A stretch of DNA of 64,000 nucleotides from a bacterium (GTDB lineage Bacteria; Patescibacteriota; Microgenomatia; Curtissbacterales; GWA2-41-24): positions 206,115 to 270,114 of the forward strand of contig JAKAJD010000001.1 in assembly GCA_021813945.1 (NCBI GenBank), given 5' to 3'. The notes under the pieces were generated by a model. The model did no database searches and was not told where the DNA came from. It was given only the letters and a program-made list of their open reading frames with translations. Positions within the stretch are counted from its first letter, which is position 1; every line of letters starts with the position of its first letter. Below, in pieces: positions 9,563 to 20,393 of this stretch. Both the position numbers and the translations under genes were made by a program.

Positions 9563-10474
9563 ATGACAGCTTACACCGGCTTAGAATCAAACCGCTTTAA
9601 AACTTGGCTAATTATGCTTCTTTTTGCTTTCTTTATAACTTTTGTCGTTTTTATCTTTTCGAACGCCTTAGGTTTTCGCGGACCCTCAGCTCTCGGATTT
9701 TCAGGAATAGCATTAATCATTGCCGGCATCATGAATTTTTTCTCCTACTACAACAGCGACAAAATTGTAATGGCTATATCTAGCGCCAAACAAATTCAAA
9801 AGAAAGATAACCCGACACTTTTCAGGACTGTTGAAAATCTCTGCATAGCATCCGGTCTTCCAATGCCCAAAATCTTTATTATCGATGATAGTGCTCCAAA
9901 CGCATTTGCAACCGGCAGAGATCCGCAACACGCCGCAATTGCTTTCACAACAGGAATACTATCAAAGCTTGACAAGCTCGAGCTTGAAGGGGTAACTGCC
10001 CATGAACTTTCGCATGTCGGCAACTACGACACAAGGCTTATGACAATAGTCTCGATACTTGTAGGCACGGTAGCCCTTCTTGCCGATTTTTTCCTTAGGA
10101 TCTCCTTTTACTCAAGAGGGGATAGGGATGATGACAGAGGAGGGCAGGCAATTTTTGTGATCCTAGGGCTTGTAATGGCAATTTTGGCGCCAATCGCAGC
10201 AACTTTGATCCAACTAGCCATTTCCAGAAAACGTGAATTTTTAGCAGATGCATCAGGAGCTCTCTTGACAAGAAACCCGGAAGAGCTGGCATCTGCTTTA
10301 ATCAAAATTTCTAACGACCCCGAGCCCTTGGAAGTTGCCAACAAAGCAACAGCCCATCTTTATATTGCCAATCCATTTAAGGACTCACACAAAGGTGTTA
10401 GCCTTTTTGCCAACCTATTTAACACTCACCCGCCAATCGCCGACCGCGTCAAAGCCCTGCGCGCAATGGAATAA
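9563..10474 (+). CDS. htpX: zinc metalloprotease HtpX (M48)
   Basis: N-terminal TM helices and HELSH (HExxH) in ...GVTAHELSHVGNYD. The alternative start is TTG 9530. Confidence 0.85.
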   Translation: MTAYTGLESNRFKTWLIMLLFAFFITFVVFIFSNALGFRGPSALGFSGIALIIAGIMNFFSYYNSDKIVMAISSAKQIQKKDNPTLFRTVENLCIASGLPMPKIFIIDDSAPNAFATGRDPQHAAIAFTTGILSKLDKLELEGVTAHELSHVGNYDTRLMTIVSILVGTVALLADFFLRISFYSRGDRDDDRGGQAIFVILGLVMAILAPIAATLIQLAISRKREFLADASGALLTRNPEELASALIKISNDPEPLEVANKATAHLYIANPFKDSHKGVSLFANLFNTHPPIADRVKALRAME

Positions 10475-10477
10475 ATT

Positions 10478-10771
10478 ATGTCAAAAGTTACATTAGATAT
10501 TGATCATGTTGCTAGGCTCGCAAATATTCCCTTGCAGAGCAACGAAAAATCAACTTTTTCAAAACAGCTCGAAGAGACATTGATTTATGTAGAAAAATTA
10601 GAGGAAGTCGAAACAAAAAATACCGAACCGACCAGCCAGGTAACAAATTTAGAAAATGTGACGAGAGAAGACGTTGCTTCACCATCCCTAACACAAGAGG
10701 AAGCGCTGCAAAATTCCAAATCGACTTATAACGGCTTTATATTAACGAATGCAATTTTGGAGGAACAATAA
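10478..10771 (+). CDS. gatC: Asp/Glu-tRNA amidotransferase subunit C
   Basis: Size and position immediately upstream of gatA and gatB. GatC-like N-terminus (VARLANIPL...). Confidence 0.85.
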   Translation: MSKVTLDIDHVARLANIPLQSNEKSTFSKQLEETLIYVEKLEEVETKNTEPTSQVTNLENVTREDVASPSLTQEEALQNSKSTYNGFILTNAILEEQ

Positions 10772-10774
10772 ACG

Positions 10775-12181
10775 ATGCTAAATAATCTGACCATAGCGCA
10801 AGCTAAAAAACTTCTAGATCAAAAAAAACTAAGCTCATCAGAGCTTACAAAATTTTACTTAGACAGGATAAAAAAATTAGAGCCAAAAATATCAGCGTTT
10901 GTTACTATCACCGATAAGGAAGCGCTTAAACAGGCAGAAAAAGCCGATAAATTAATCTCTCAAGGAGCAAAAAAACTATTATTGGGGATTCCAATAAGTA
11001 TTAAGGATAACTTCAACACAAAAGGGGTTCAAACAACTGCATCTAGCAAAGTTTTGGAAGGTTATATTCCTCCTTACGACGCAACTGTTGTCAATCTATT
11101 AAAAGAGGAAGGTGCTGTTATCGTTGGCAAGACCAATATGGACGCTTGGGCGCATGGTTCATCCACGGAAACCTCCGATTTTGGTTCGACTAAAAATCCA
11201 TGGAACATCAAAAGGCTTCCGGGTGGTTCATCGGGCGGGTCTACAGCAAGCGTAGCGGCTGATGAGGTAGTCATCTCGATTGGTTCAGAAACGGCCGGAT
11301 CGATTCGTCAACCTGCTGCCTGGTGCGGAGTAGTCGGCCTTAAGCCAACATATGGAAGGGTAAGCCGTTATGGCGTTATTGCCATGGGTTCTTCGTTGGA
11401 CAGCCCTGGTCCCATCACGAAAACAGTTGAGGAAAGTGCCTTTGTATTGAATATCCTCGCGGGCCAGGATAAATTCGACGCAACCACTTCACCGAAGAAT
11501 GTTGAGGATTACACAAAAAATTTAAACCAAAAAATATCAGACCTTAAAATTGGAATTTCAAAGCGTTATTTTGACCAATGCGAAAAAGATGTCAAAGACT
11601 CGGTTATGCAAGCTATCAAAGTTCTTGAAAAACTAGGTGCTAAAATCATCGAAATTGATTTATTCGACCCGCAATATGCAATAGCAGTTTACACAATAAT
11701 CCAAAGGGCTGAGGTCTCATCAAACTTGGCTCGCTACGATGGCATCAGATACGGAAATGGGCGAGATAAATTCGGTGAGGAAGCCAAAAGAAGAATAATG
11801 CTTGGAACTTACGCCCTTTCAGCCGGCTACTACGACCAGTATTACAATAAAGCTCAAAAAGTCAGAACGCTAATAATAAATGACTTCAAAAAAGCTTTTA
11901 GCCAAGTTGATGTAATAATTGGTCCCACAAGTCCGTCAACGGCACTCCCACTTGGCGCAAGTAAAGGCCATCCAATGTTTGGTGAAATGGCAGACGTTTT
12001 AGTCGAACCCTCATCGATTGCAGGCTTGCCCGGCATCAATGTCCCCTGCGGCCTTTCAAGCGAAAATCTTCCGATTGGAATGCAAATAATCGGCCCTCAA
12101 TTTTCAGAGAGTCTTATCTTAAATGTCGCCAACCAGTTTGAAAAAAATACAGATTTCCATAAAGCAAGTCCAAACATATGA
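10775..12181 (+). CDS. gatA: Asp/Glu-tRNA amidotransferase subunit A
   Basis: Amidase signature GGSSGGS and KDNFNTKG. 468 aa. Confidence 0.95.
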   Translation: MLNNLTIAQAKKLLDQKKLSSSELTKFYLDRIKKLEPKISAFVTITDKEALKQAEKADKLISQGAKKLLLGIPISIKDNFNTKGVQTTASSKVLEGYIPPYDATVVNLLKEEGAVIVGKTNMDAWAHGSSTETSDFGSTKNPWNIKRLPGGSSGGSTASVAADEVVISIGSETAGSIRQPAAWCGVVGLKPTYGRVSRYGVIAMGSSLDSPGPITKTVEESAFVLNILAGQDKFDATTSPKNVEDYTKNLNQKISDLKIGISKRYFDQCEKDVKDSVMQAIKVLEKLGAKIIEIDLFDPQYAIAVYTIIQRAEVSSNLARYDGIRYGNGRDKFGEEAKRRIMLGTYALSAGYYDQYYNKAQKVRTLIINDFKKAFSQVDVIIGPTSPSTALPLGASKGHPMFGEMADVLVEPSSIAGLPGINVPCGLSSENLPIGMQIIGPQFSESLILNVANQFEKNTDFHKASPNI

Positions 12182-13497
12182 AATATACACCTGTAATTGG
12201 TCTTGAGGTTCATATAGAACTTTACACAAAATCCAAAATGTTTTGTTCTTGCTCAGCCGACTATTTCGGAAAAGAACCGAATACTCACACTTGTCCGGTT
12301 TGCTTGGGTTTGCCGGGGGCTCTTCCTGTCCCTAACAAAAAGGCAATTGAATGGTGCATGGCAATCGGCCTCGCCCTAAATTGCGAAATTTCGGAATTCT
12401 CCAAATTCGACCGCAAAAATTATTTTTATCCGGATCTTCCGAAGGGTTATCAGATTAGCCAGTACGATCAGCCTTTCTGCAAAAAAGGGCAAGTCACTTT
12501 ATCAAGCGGCAAAAAAATCAGAATCACCCGGGCTCACATGGAGGAAGACACGGCAAAGCTGACTCACGCAAAGGTCGATGGCAAAAATGTTTCGCTAATC
12601 GACTTCAACCGCTCCGGTATTCCTTTGGTTGAAATTGTCACCGAACCCGATTTTGAAAATGCCAAAGATGTTGTTGAATATCTCAAGCTTCTCCAACAAA
12701 CTGCAAGATACCTCGGGGTTTCCAAAGCCGACATGGAAAAAGGGGATATGCGGCTCGAACCGAATATCTCTCTCAAAAAGGAGGGGTCAAGTGGTCTACC
12801 AAACTACAAGGTAGAAGTTAAAAATATAAACTCATTTAGATTTGTCGAAAAAGCCATAAATTTCGAGCTTGAGCGTCAAGAAAAAATTTTAGAAGAAGGC
12901 GAGACTCCCAAACAGGAAACACGCGGCTGGAATGAATCTAAACAAGCCACAATATCTCAGCGATCTAAAGAAGAAGCTCATGATTACCGCTATTTTCCGG
13001 AGCCAGATATTCCGCCTGTTAGAACAGGAAGAGATGAGATTGCCGAAATCAAAAGTACTCTACCGGAATTACCCCAAGAAAGACTCAAGCGATTCCAAAC
13101 GCTATACTCGCTCTCTTCCTACGATGCAGAAATCCTAGCAAGGGAAAAAGAAACGGCCGATTTTTTTGATCAAGCGGCAAAAGACGCTAAGTTGCACAAC
13201 GTCAGCCCAAAGCAGATCGCCAATTTCATAATTAACAAAAAACCAGACATTGAAAAAACTTTACCTGCCGAACTAATCCAATCGGTCATCAGTCAAAAAA
13301 CATCGGCGACCATCTCTCAATCGGATCTCGAAGAATTGGTAAAAGAAATTCTTTCTGAAAATCCAGATATTGTAGCGGATTACAAAAAAGGCAAAACCAA
13401 TTCAATTCAGGTCTTAATAGGAAAGGTCATGCAAAAAACAAAGGGTCAAGCAAATGCAAGTGAAGTCAAAACAGAACTCGAAAACCTGCTAAAGTAA
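12178..13497 (+). CDS. gatB: Asp/Glu-tRNA amidotransferase subunit B
   Basis: VIGLEVHIEL...CSCS...CPVCLGLPGALPV is the GatB N-terminus. ATGA overlap with gatA. Confidence 0.95.
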   Translation: MKYTPVIGLEVHIELYTKSKMFCSCSADYFGKEPNTHTCPVCLGLPGALPVPNKKAIEWCMAIGLALNCEISEFSKFDRKNYFYPDLPKGYQISQYDQPFCKKGQVTLSSGKKIRITRAHMEEDTAKLTHAKVDGKNVSLIDFNRSGIPLVEIVTEPDFENAKDVVEYLKLLQQTARYLGVSKADMEKGDMRLEPNISLKKEGSSGLPNYKVEVKNINSFRFVEKAINFELERQEKILEEGETPKQETRGWNESKQATISQRSKEEAHDYRYFPEPDIPPVRTGRDEIAEIKSTLPELPQERLKRFQTLYSLSSYDAEILAREKETADFFDQAAKDAKLHNVSPKQIANFIINKKPDIEKTLPAELIQSVISQKTSATISQSDLEELVKEILSENPDIVADYKKGKTNSIQVLIGKVMQKTKGQANASEVKTELENLLK

Positions 13498-13528
13498 AAT
13501 TTCAGTCTGCTAAAATATAGAGTAAATT

Positions 13529-16500
13529 ATGTCTAAATTCGTCCATCTTCACGTACACAGTGAATATTCTCTCTTAGACGGTCTTTCTAAAATTCCCAAA
13601 ATGGTAACTCAAGCAAAAATTTTGGGGATGCAGCATTTAGCAATAACAGACCACGGCGCAATGTACGGAGCGGTGAAATTTTATAAGGAATGCAAAAGCC
13701 AAGGTTTAAATCCCATCTTAGGTTGTGAGATGTATATTGCGAAAAGAAGTCTCAAAGATAAGGAAGCCGGCAAGGATAACGATTATCATCACCTAACCGT
13801 TTTAGCAAAAGATAGGGAAGGCTATGTCAACTTGATGAAGCTTGTGACAATAGCCCAGCTAGAAGGGTTTTATTATCGCCCAAGAATCGACAAATCAACT
13901 CTTGCCAAACATGCAAAAGGTCTTATGGCACTTTCTGGTTGTAACTCATCGGAGATTTCCAAGGAATTCATATCCAGAGATCTAAAAGCTGCCAGAAAGC
14001 TAGTCGAAGAGTATCAAGCTATCTTCGGTAAAGACGATTTTTACTTGGAAGTTCAAAGGCACGAATTTTCCAAATTTCAAGCTGCTCACGACAAAGGCTC
14101 CTATATCTACAACGAATTAGAAAGAATGCATCAGGAAGAACAAAAAATCATCGAAGGGGCCAAAAAATTATCAAAGGAAATGAGGCTTTCGCTAATAGCC
14201 ACAAATGACATCCATTACGTTATGCCACAAGATGCAAGCGCACAAGACGCCATTGTCTGCATTCAAACCGGCAAAAATATTCAGGACGAAAAACGCCTCA
14301 GAATGATAGACTCCCCTACTTTTTTTCTAAAAAGTGACGAAGAAATGAGAGAACTTTTTCCGGATATCCCAGAATCGATAGATAACACGGTAAAACTTGC
14401 AGAAAAAGTCAAAATTGATTTGACATTAGGAAAAGTTGCCTTTCCAAAGTATCAAGTTCCAAACCAAAAGTCCGCAGAAGATTATCTTAGGGATCTTTGC
14501 TTCGATAGAATTAAATCAAAAGTAGAAAAAGTAACTCCGGAGATTAAAGAGCGGTTAGATTATGAACTGTCCGTCATTTCCAAAAAAGGCTACTCGGCTT
14601 ATTTTTTAGTTGTGTCGGATTTTGTCAATTGGTCTCGCGAAAAAGGAATTATCTCAACAACTCGGGGGTCTGCATCCGGAAGCCTTGTTTCGTACGCTCT
14701 GGGAATAACGACTGTCAACCCGCTTTCATTTAAGCTGCCATTTGAAAGATTTTTAAATCTTTACAGACCGACATTACCAGATATTGACGTAGATTTTGAA
14801 GACAAAAGGCGCGACGAAGTGATCCAATATGTGCGCGAAAAGTACGGCCATGAAAAGGTCGCGCAAATTGGCACTTTCGGAACAATGATGGCCAGAGCAG
14901 CTGTTCGCGATGTCGCCCGCGTCTTAGGTTGGCCTTATTCAAAAGCCGATCGTATTGCCAAAATGATTCCCTTCGGAGCTCAAGGATTTCCTATGTCACT
15001 CGATCTGGCCAAAAAACAAAATAGAGATCTTGGAAATTTATACAACGATGATTCTGAAGTTAAAGAGCTTTTGGATTTAGCGGAAAAAGTAGAAGGCAAT
15101 GCCAGGCACGTTTCAGTCCATGCGGCGGGTGTCGTGATAGGTCCGGACGATCTATCCAATTACACACCACTTCAAAAAGAAACCACCGGAGAAAAAATCA
15201 TAACTCAGTACGATATGCATGATGTTGAAGATGTAGGTCTTGTAAAAATGGATTTTTTGGGAATCAGAAACCTTTCTATTCTGGGTCAGGCAGTGAAAAT
15301 TGTGCAATCGGAAAAGAATATCAAAATCAACCTCACAGATATTCCGCTTGACGACAAAAAAGCCTTTGATCTTCTTGCAAAAGGTGAAACGATGGGCCTT
15401 TTCCAGCTAGGCGGATCGGGAATGACGAGGTATTTAAAAGAACTTCGACCGACAACGGTCTTTGACATTATGGCGATGATTTCGCTTTTTCGCCCGGGAC
15501 CGATGAATTCAATCCCGGAATTTATCGAAAGGAAAAACGATCCGAAAAAAGTTAAATATTTCGACCCAAGAATGAAAGATTACCTGGATTTGTCTTATGG
15601 CGTCATAGTTTACCAAGACGATGTTCTTTTAACTGCTATCAACATTGCGGGATATACGTGGGAAGAGGCAGATAATTTCCGAAAGGCAATGGGTAAAAAA
15701 ATTCCGGCAGAAATGAGCAAGCAGCGCGAAAAATTCCTAGACGGAGCTATAAAAAACGGAATGACCGGAGAAAAATCGGAAGAGCTTTTTAAACTTATCG
15801 AGCCATTCGCGGCTTATGGTTTCAACAAAGCTCATGCCGCATCGTATGCAATTATTGCCTACCAAACTGCCTACATGAAAGCCAATTACCCGGTTGAGTT
15901 TATGACAGCTGTAATGACCGCTGAAGCCGACGATACGGACAAAATCGCCTCGGCTGTAGATGAGTGTGCCAAAATGGGTATCCTCGTTCTTCCGCCGGAC
16001 ATTAACGCATCGCACACAGGTTTCACTATTGAAAAAGTGCAAAAAACGAAAAAAGACGGTATCCGATTTGGGTTTTCCGCCATAAAAAACGTAGGTAAAG
16101 CCGCAATCGAGGCCATCATATCCGAACGTGAAGCACACGGACTTTTTAAATCTTTAGACAACTTTGTATCAAGAGTTAATTTAAGAGCAGTGAACAGGAA
16201 GACTTTAGAGAGTTTAATTAAAGCAGGCGCTATGGACGGTTTCGGGAAACGAAATGCCATGCTTAAAATTCTAGACGATATCAAAGCGCAAGGCACATCT
16301 CTTTCTAAAACCATAGCCGAAGGCCAGGGTACATTATTTGGTGAAGAAGAGCTGGATTCCAAAACCGTTATACCCAAATCAATGAGCTCTCTTTTAGAAT
16401 CAACCGAAGAGGCACCGAAGGAAGAAATACTTTCCTGGGAACGAGAGCTTTTAGGCTTTTATTTAACCGAACATCCGCTTGCAAATGTCTCAGAAAGAAT

Positions 16501-17041
16501 AGACAGAATTGCAACTGTTAAAATTGGCGAAATTGACCGTTTTACCTATGCCAACAAAACCATTAAACTCGGAGGAATAATCGCTTCTTTAAGAAAAACT
16601 GTTACCAAACTAAAGCAACAGGAAATGTGCTTTTTAAAGCTGCAGGACACAACAGGGACAATCGAGGTTATTGTATTTCCAAAAATTTACCAAATTGCCA
16701 GGGATATTATCGCCATGGATCAAATCGTCATCGTATCCGGTAAACTGGAAGCAGACGACGAAAGTTCAACCCTTATAGCAGACAGCATAACTCTACTTGA
16801 AAAGGAGCCGGAAACCGCAAGTATTGAAGAAATAAACATCTCTATCCCGAAAAATGCCGACAGGATTCTGCTTTCCAAAATTTATGAGGTTTTAAAAGAA
16901 AATTCTGGCAAAAGCCCTACTTTTCTAATCCTTCCCGGTCAGGATAGTGCAGTCCGCAAAATCCCTGTTCCTTTCGGCGTAGAAAGAAGTTTTAATCTAG
17001 AAGACAGTCTCTCAAATCTTGGTTGCCGCATTACAGGTTAA
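13529..17041 (+). CDS. dnaE: DNA polymerase III alpha subunit
   Basis: N-terminal PHP (FVHLHVHSEYSLLDG), a polymerase core and C-terminal OB region. 1170 aa. Confidence 0.95.
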   Translation: MSKFVHLHVHSEYSLLDGLSKIPKMVTQAKILGMQHLAITDHGAMYGAVKFYKECKSQGLNPILGCEMYIAKRSLKDKEAGKDNDYHHLTVLAKDREGYVNLMKLVTIAQLEGFYYRPRIDKSTLAKHAKGLMALSGCNSSEISKEFISRDLKAARKLVEEYQAIFGKDDFYLEVQRHEFSKFQAAHDKGSYIYNELERMHQEEQKIIEGAKKLSKEMRLSLIATNDIHYVMPQDASAQDAIVCIQTGKNIQDEKRLRMIDSPTFFLKSDEEMRELFPDIPESIDNTVKLAEKVKIDLTLGKVAFPKYQVPNQKSAEDYLRDLCFDRIKSKVEKVTPEIKERLDYELSVISKKGYSAYFLVVSDFVNWSREKGIISTTRGSASGSLVSYALGITTVNPLSFKLPFERFLNLYRPTLPDIDVDFEDKRRDEVIQYVREKYGHEKVAQIGTFGTMMARAAVRDVARVLGWPYSKADRIAKMIPFGAQGFPMSLDLAKKQNRDLGNLYNDDSEVKELLDLAEKVEGNARHVSVHAAGVVIGPDDLSNYTPLQKETTGEKIITQYDMHDVEDVGLVKMDFLGIRNLSILGQAVKIVQSEKNIKINLTDIPLDDKKAFDLLAKGETMGLFQLGGSGMTRYLKELRPTTVFDIMAMISLFRPGPMNSIPEFIERKNDPKKVKYFDPRMKDYLDLSYGVIVYQDDVLLTAINIAGYTWEEADNFRKAMGKKIPAEMSKQREKFLDGAIKNGMTGEKSEELFKLIEPFAAYGFNKAHAASYAIIAYQTAYMKANYPVEFMTAVMTAEADDTDKIASAVDECAKMGILVLPPDINASHTGFTIEKVQKTKKDGIRFGFSAIKNVGKAAIEAIISEREAHGLFKSLDNFVSRVNLRAVNRKTLESLIKAGAMDGFGKRNAMLKILDDIKAQGTSLSKTIAEGQGTLFGEEELDSKTVIPKSMSSLLESTEEAPKEEILSWERELLGFYLTEHPLANVSERIDRIATVKIGEIDRFTYANKTIKLGGIIASLRKTVTKLKQQEMCFLKLQDTTGTIEVIVFPKIYQIARDIIAMDQIVIVSGKLEADDESSTLIADSITLLEKEPETASIEEINISIPKNADRILLSKIYEVLKENSGKSPTFLILPGQDSAVRKIPVPFGVERSFNLEDSLSNLGCRITG

Positions 17042-17043
17042 GG

Positions 17044-17072
17044 TTTACAAAAACAGCCTTTTTGGATATACT
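17044..17072 (+). promoter_or_regulatory. near-consensus sigma70-type promoter (TTTACA-17 nt-TATACT) upstream of rplS
   Basis: Read directly from the sequence. ATG 17081 lies 8 nt downstream of the -10 box. Confidence 0.45.
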
Positions 17073-17080
17073 TTACCACT

Positions 17081-17356
17081 ATGGATATGACAAATTTTGC
17101 AGTCGGCGATATTATTCGTGTTTTTACAAAGGATCCGCAGGATAATAAAGTTCATGCAACGCCCTTTGAGGGAATTGTAATATCGCTGCGAGGCCAAAAA
17201 GAAAGCAGAACCTTTATAGTTAGGAAAAAAGGTGCGGACGGCGTTTTTGTGGAGCGCATTTTTCCAGTTGCTTCTCCTTCTATAGAAAAAATAACAGTTA
17301 TTAAATCTACGGGCGCAAGACGCGCAAAACTTTATCACCTTAGAAAAACAAAATAA
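17081..17356 (+). CDS. rplS: 50S ribosomal protein L19 (short N-terminus)
   Basis: GDIIRV...ATPFEGIVISLRG...VRKKGADGVFVERIFPVASP...ARRAKLYHLR matches the L19 core. Confidence 0.85.
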   Translation: MDMTNFAVGDIIRVFTKDPQDNKVHATPFEGIVISLRGQKESRTFIVRKKGADGVFVERIFPVASPSIEKITVIKSTGARRAKLYHLRKTK

Positions 17357-17358
17357 AA

Positions 17359-17976
17359 ATGGTTCTGCCTGACTTGTCAGAAGAAAAAATTCTTTGGCAT
17401 AAAGGTTTCTTAAGCGTAGTAGGAATAGACGAAGTAGGAAGAGGGTCATGGGCCGGTCCACTCGTCGCAGCGGGAATAGTCCTTCCAAGTGATTTTGAAA
17501 TTCCTAAAGGCCTTGCAGATTCAAAGCTTCTTAATCCTAAAAAAAGAGAAGAACTGGACAAGATGCTGAGAGCAAAGGCGCTAGGTTTTTTCATTTCAGA
17601 AGTTTCCCATCTTCAAATCGATAAACTCGGTATAGCCAAAGCAACGCAAGTTGCTTTCAGGAAAATAGTAAGCGCAATTTCACCAAAGCCTCAATATTGT
17701 CTGGTGGATGCTTTTCATATCAAATACGTAAGTTCGGAAGTTAAACAAAAAGCGATAAAACATGGAGATATGACTTGTGCCTCGATTGCTGCGGCCTCAA
17801 TAATTGCTAAAGTCTATCGTGATAATTTAATGGAGAACCTAGGGAAGAAATTCCCCAAATATAATTTTCAAAAGCACAAGGGATATGGGACCGAGGAACA
17901 TCAGAGGGCGATTCAAAAATTTGGCCTCACAAAGATTCATAGAACATCCTACAATTTGGATTTTCTGTATTCGTGA
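17359..17976 (+). CDS. rnhB: ribonuclease HII
   Basis: GIDEVGRGSWAGPLVAAGIVLP contains the DEVGRG active-site motif. Conserved rplS-rnhB adjacency. Confidence 0.9.
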   Translation: MVLPDLSEEKILWHKGFLSVVGIDEVGRGSWAGPLVAAGIVLPSDFEIPKGLADSKLLNPKKREELDKMLRAKALGFFISEVSHLQIDKLGIAKATQVAFRKIVSAISPKPQYCLVDAFHIKYVSSEVKQKAIKHGDMTCASIAAASIIAKVYRDNLMENLGKKFPKYNFQKHKGYGTEEHQRAIQKFGLTKIHRTSYNLDFLYS

Positions 17977-17981
17977 ACAGC

Positions 17982-18000
17982 AAAAGGTCAGGCCTTAACT
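17982..18000. repeat. intergenic motif AAAAGGTCAGGCCTTAACT, with a second CTGACCTTAAAC copy at 18016-18034
   Basis: Near-identical to 9457-9475. It lies between rnhB and yraN. Confidence 0.5.
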
Positions 18001-18041
18001 TAAGCTGCTTTTGGAAAAAGATCTGACCTTAAACAGAACCA

Positions 18042-18395
18042 ATGGATAGATCAAAAATAGGAAAATACGGTGAAGATCTTGCTGCGGCATACCTGTCAAA
18101 ACTTGGCTATAAAATAATTGAGCGAAATTTCAGGATTCGCGGCGGCGAAATCGATATAATTGCCCTAGATCAAGGAATACTTATCTACGTTGAAGTCAAA
18201 ACCCGATCGTCACACGATTTTGGTCTTCCAGAAGAATCCGTTACATATCATAAACTAAAATTTCTGGAGCGTGCTTCAAAATTTTACCGTGCAAACCGCC
18301 ATAACTTACCCCTTCAAGAGCGAATAGACGTTGTAAGCATCGACTTATCTCGTTCTAAACCATCAATAAACCTTATTAAAAACGCCGGCTTCTAA
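18042..18395 (+). CDS. yraN: YraN/UPF0102 family endonuclease
   Basis: GEDLAAAYLSKLGYKIIERNFR...GEIDIIALD...YVEVKTR is the YraN signature. Confidence 0.8.
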   Translation: MDRSKIGKYGEDLAAAYLSKLGYKIIERNFRIRGGEIDIIALDQGILIYVEVKTRSSHDFGLPEESVTYHKLKFLERASKFYRANRHNLPLQERIDVVSIDLSRSKPSINLIKNAGF

Positions 18396-18409
18396 AGATC
18401 TTCAAAAAA

Positions 18410-19378
18410 CTAACCAGTCTTAACAAGACCCATTGGGGTACGCCCCTCGAAAACATCTATCACGTTTTGTGCAGCGATTCTGGACATTGTTTCCCGGGTT
18501 TCAAAAGTTGCAGAAGCAATGTGGGGTGTCACCACGATATTATCAAGCGCCAGAAGTTCTTTAGAAATTTCAGGTTCGAACTCGAATACATCAAGTCCTG
18601 CTGATGCTATTACTTTTTCCTTAAGTGCCCAAACCAAAGCTTTTTCTTCAACTACGGGCCCCCGAGATGTGTTTATAAGAATAGCCGACTTTTTCATAGT
18701 CTTTAGCTCGTCACGGCCAATCATATGCCTGGTTTTTTCTGTTAAAGGAACATGAAGCGTTACAACATCTGCCTCTTTTAAAATTTCATGAACGGTTGAG
18801 TATCTGGCTTCACAAATAAGCTCAAAATCCTCGGCTCGTTTAACATCGTAATACATAACGTTCATCCTAAATCCTCCATAGGCAATTTGGCCGACAAATG
18901 TTCCTATTCTGCCGAGCCCGATAACGCCGATTGTTTGACCCCAAACCTGGTGCGAAAGAAATAAATTGGGATCCCAACGTTTGTATTTTCCTTCTCTGAC
19001 GAATTTATCAGCATCAATTATTGACTTGTTGCAAGCAAAAATTAAAGCAAATACGTGCTCTGCTACCGATTCATTGGCAACACCTGGAGTATTACAAACA
19101 ACAATCCCTTTTTGAGAAGCGGCCGAAAGGTCGATATTGTCGTATCCGACAGCATAATTGGCAATGAGTTTGAGTTTCGGTGAGGCAGCTTTCAGAACTT
19201 CGGAATCAAGCTTGTCATTTACCAAGGGGATTACGGCGTCGTATTCAGATAGGACTTTTTTTAAGCCTTCTTTTGTTAAATCTTTCCCGGAGTCATTTAC
19301 CTCGACAGAAAAACCCTTTTTGCGAAGTAGTTCTAGTCCAATATCGGGAATTACTCCGGTAACAAAAACCTTGGGCAT
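18410..19378 (-). CDS. D-isomer-specific 2-hydroxyacid dehydrogenase (glycerate dehydrogenase / hydroxypyruvate reductase-like)
   Basis: NAD-binding GVIGLGRIGTFVGQIA, catalytic ...HIASAT and RGPVVEE. The ATG at 19378 (MPKVFVTGV) is preferred over the TTG at 19417, which would overlap the upstream gene. Confidence 0.85.
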   Translation of the reverse strand: MPKVFVTGVIPDIGLELLRKKGFSVEVNDSGKDLTKEGLKKVLSEYDAVIPLVNDKLDSEVLKAASPKLKLIANYAVGYDNIDLSAASQKGIVVCNTPGVANESVAEHVFALIFACNKSIIDADKFVREGKYKRWDPNLFLSHQVWGQTIGVIGLGRIGTFVGQIAYGGFRMNVMYYDVKRAEDFELICEARYSTVHEILKEADVVTLHVPLTEKTRHMIGRDELKTMKKSAILINTSRGPVVEEKALVWALKEKVIASAGLDVFEFEPEISKELLALDNIVVTPHIASATFETRETMSRIAAQNVIDVFEGRTPMGLVKTG

Positions 19379-19397
19379 TATTATTATGATAAACGAT

Positions 19398-20393
19398 TTA
19401 GAGGGCGCTTGCCACAAATTCTGGAACAGTCGCCCGGTATCTTTCTATCTCCTCACGACTCATAAGACCGTTTTGTGCCCCAATTGAAGAAATTGCATGA
19501 GCAGAGTTGATAGAACCCCAAACCATAGCCTCACTTAGTTTTTTCCCAAAATTGGTAGCACCAATAAAACCAGCGGAGTATGCGTCACCCGCTCCAGTTT
19601 TCTCGACGACTTCCGTTGGGAAAATACCTAACTGTAGATATTGTTTCCCGTCCGAAGCATAAGATCCGCTATCTCCATTGGTTACAACTACTGTTTTTGG
19701 CCCCAAAAGCAACAGCTTAGAAAGAATATCCCTTATTACTTCTGGTTCCGAATCATCAAGACCCAGAATTTTTCGTGATTCTTCCAAATTAATAATTAAA
19801 ATCTCGCAGCGTTCCAGCACCCGGGGATATTTTTTAATATCGGCCCTAATCTGATAGGTTCCTGGAGCGAAAACAAGTTTTGAACCCGTTCTGTCGACGT
19901 ATCTACAGACCTCGTCCATGATGTTTGTTTTCTCAAAAGTCTCTGCCATAGATGTAAGATAAAGCCAATTAGAAGAAACCAAATCCCTGGGTAATTCATA
20001 ATCCCAATTCTGGTGATAAACAAAAATAGTACGCTCACCCTGATAAGATAAAACCACAGACATATTTGAACTTTTTGTGTCGGATTCAAAAACGTAGTCA
20101 GTTGAAACACCTTTATCAATAAGGGCCTTTCGTATTAACTCACCTTGGGAATCTTTACCTAAGTTTGTATAAATTGCGGATTTAAAACCTAAAATTGAGG
20201 ATCCAACCGCAACGTTTGCAGCATTGCCGGCAACTCCATGGTCAATTGCCTCAACAGGAATTTTACTCCCGTATTTAATACAAATTTTGCAATCTTTGGT
20301 ATTTATATCGCAAAAAACTGAAGCCCCCTCGACTTTAATGTAAGTATCTATCGTTGAATCGCCGACTGCTATGAGGTCAAAAGCCTTATCCAT
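19398..20393 (-). CDS. PfkB family carbohydrate/nucleoside kinase (ribokinase-like)
   Basis: N-terminal LIAVGDSTIDTY and C-terminal anion-hole GAGDAYSAGFIGA. Confidence 0.85.
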   Translation of the reverse strand: MDKAFDLIAVGDSTIDTYIKVEGASVFCDINTKDCKICIKYGSKIPVEAIDHGVAGNAANVAVGSSILGFKSAIYTNLGKDSQGELIRKALIDKGVSTDYVFESDTKSSNMSVVLSYQGERTIFVYHQNWDYELPRDLVSSNWLYLTSMAETFEKTNIMDEVCRYVDRTGSKLVFAPGTYQIRADIKKYPRVLERCEILIINLEESRKILGLDDSEPEVIRDILSKLLLLGPKTVVVTNGDSGSYASDGKQYLQLGIFPTEVVEKTGAGDAYSAGFIGATNFGKKLSEAMVWGSINSAHAISSIGAQNGLMSREEIERYRATVPEFVASAL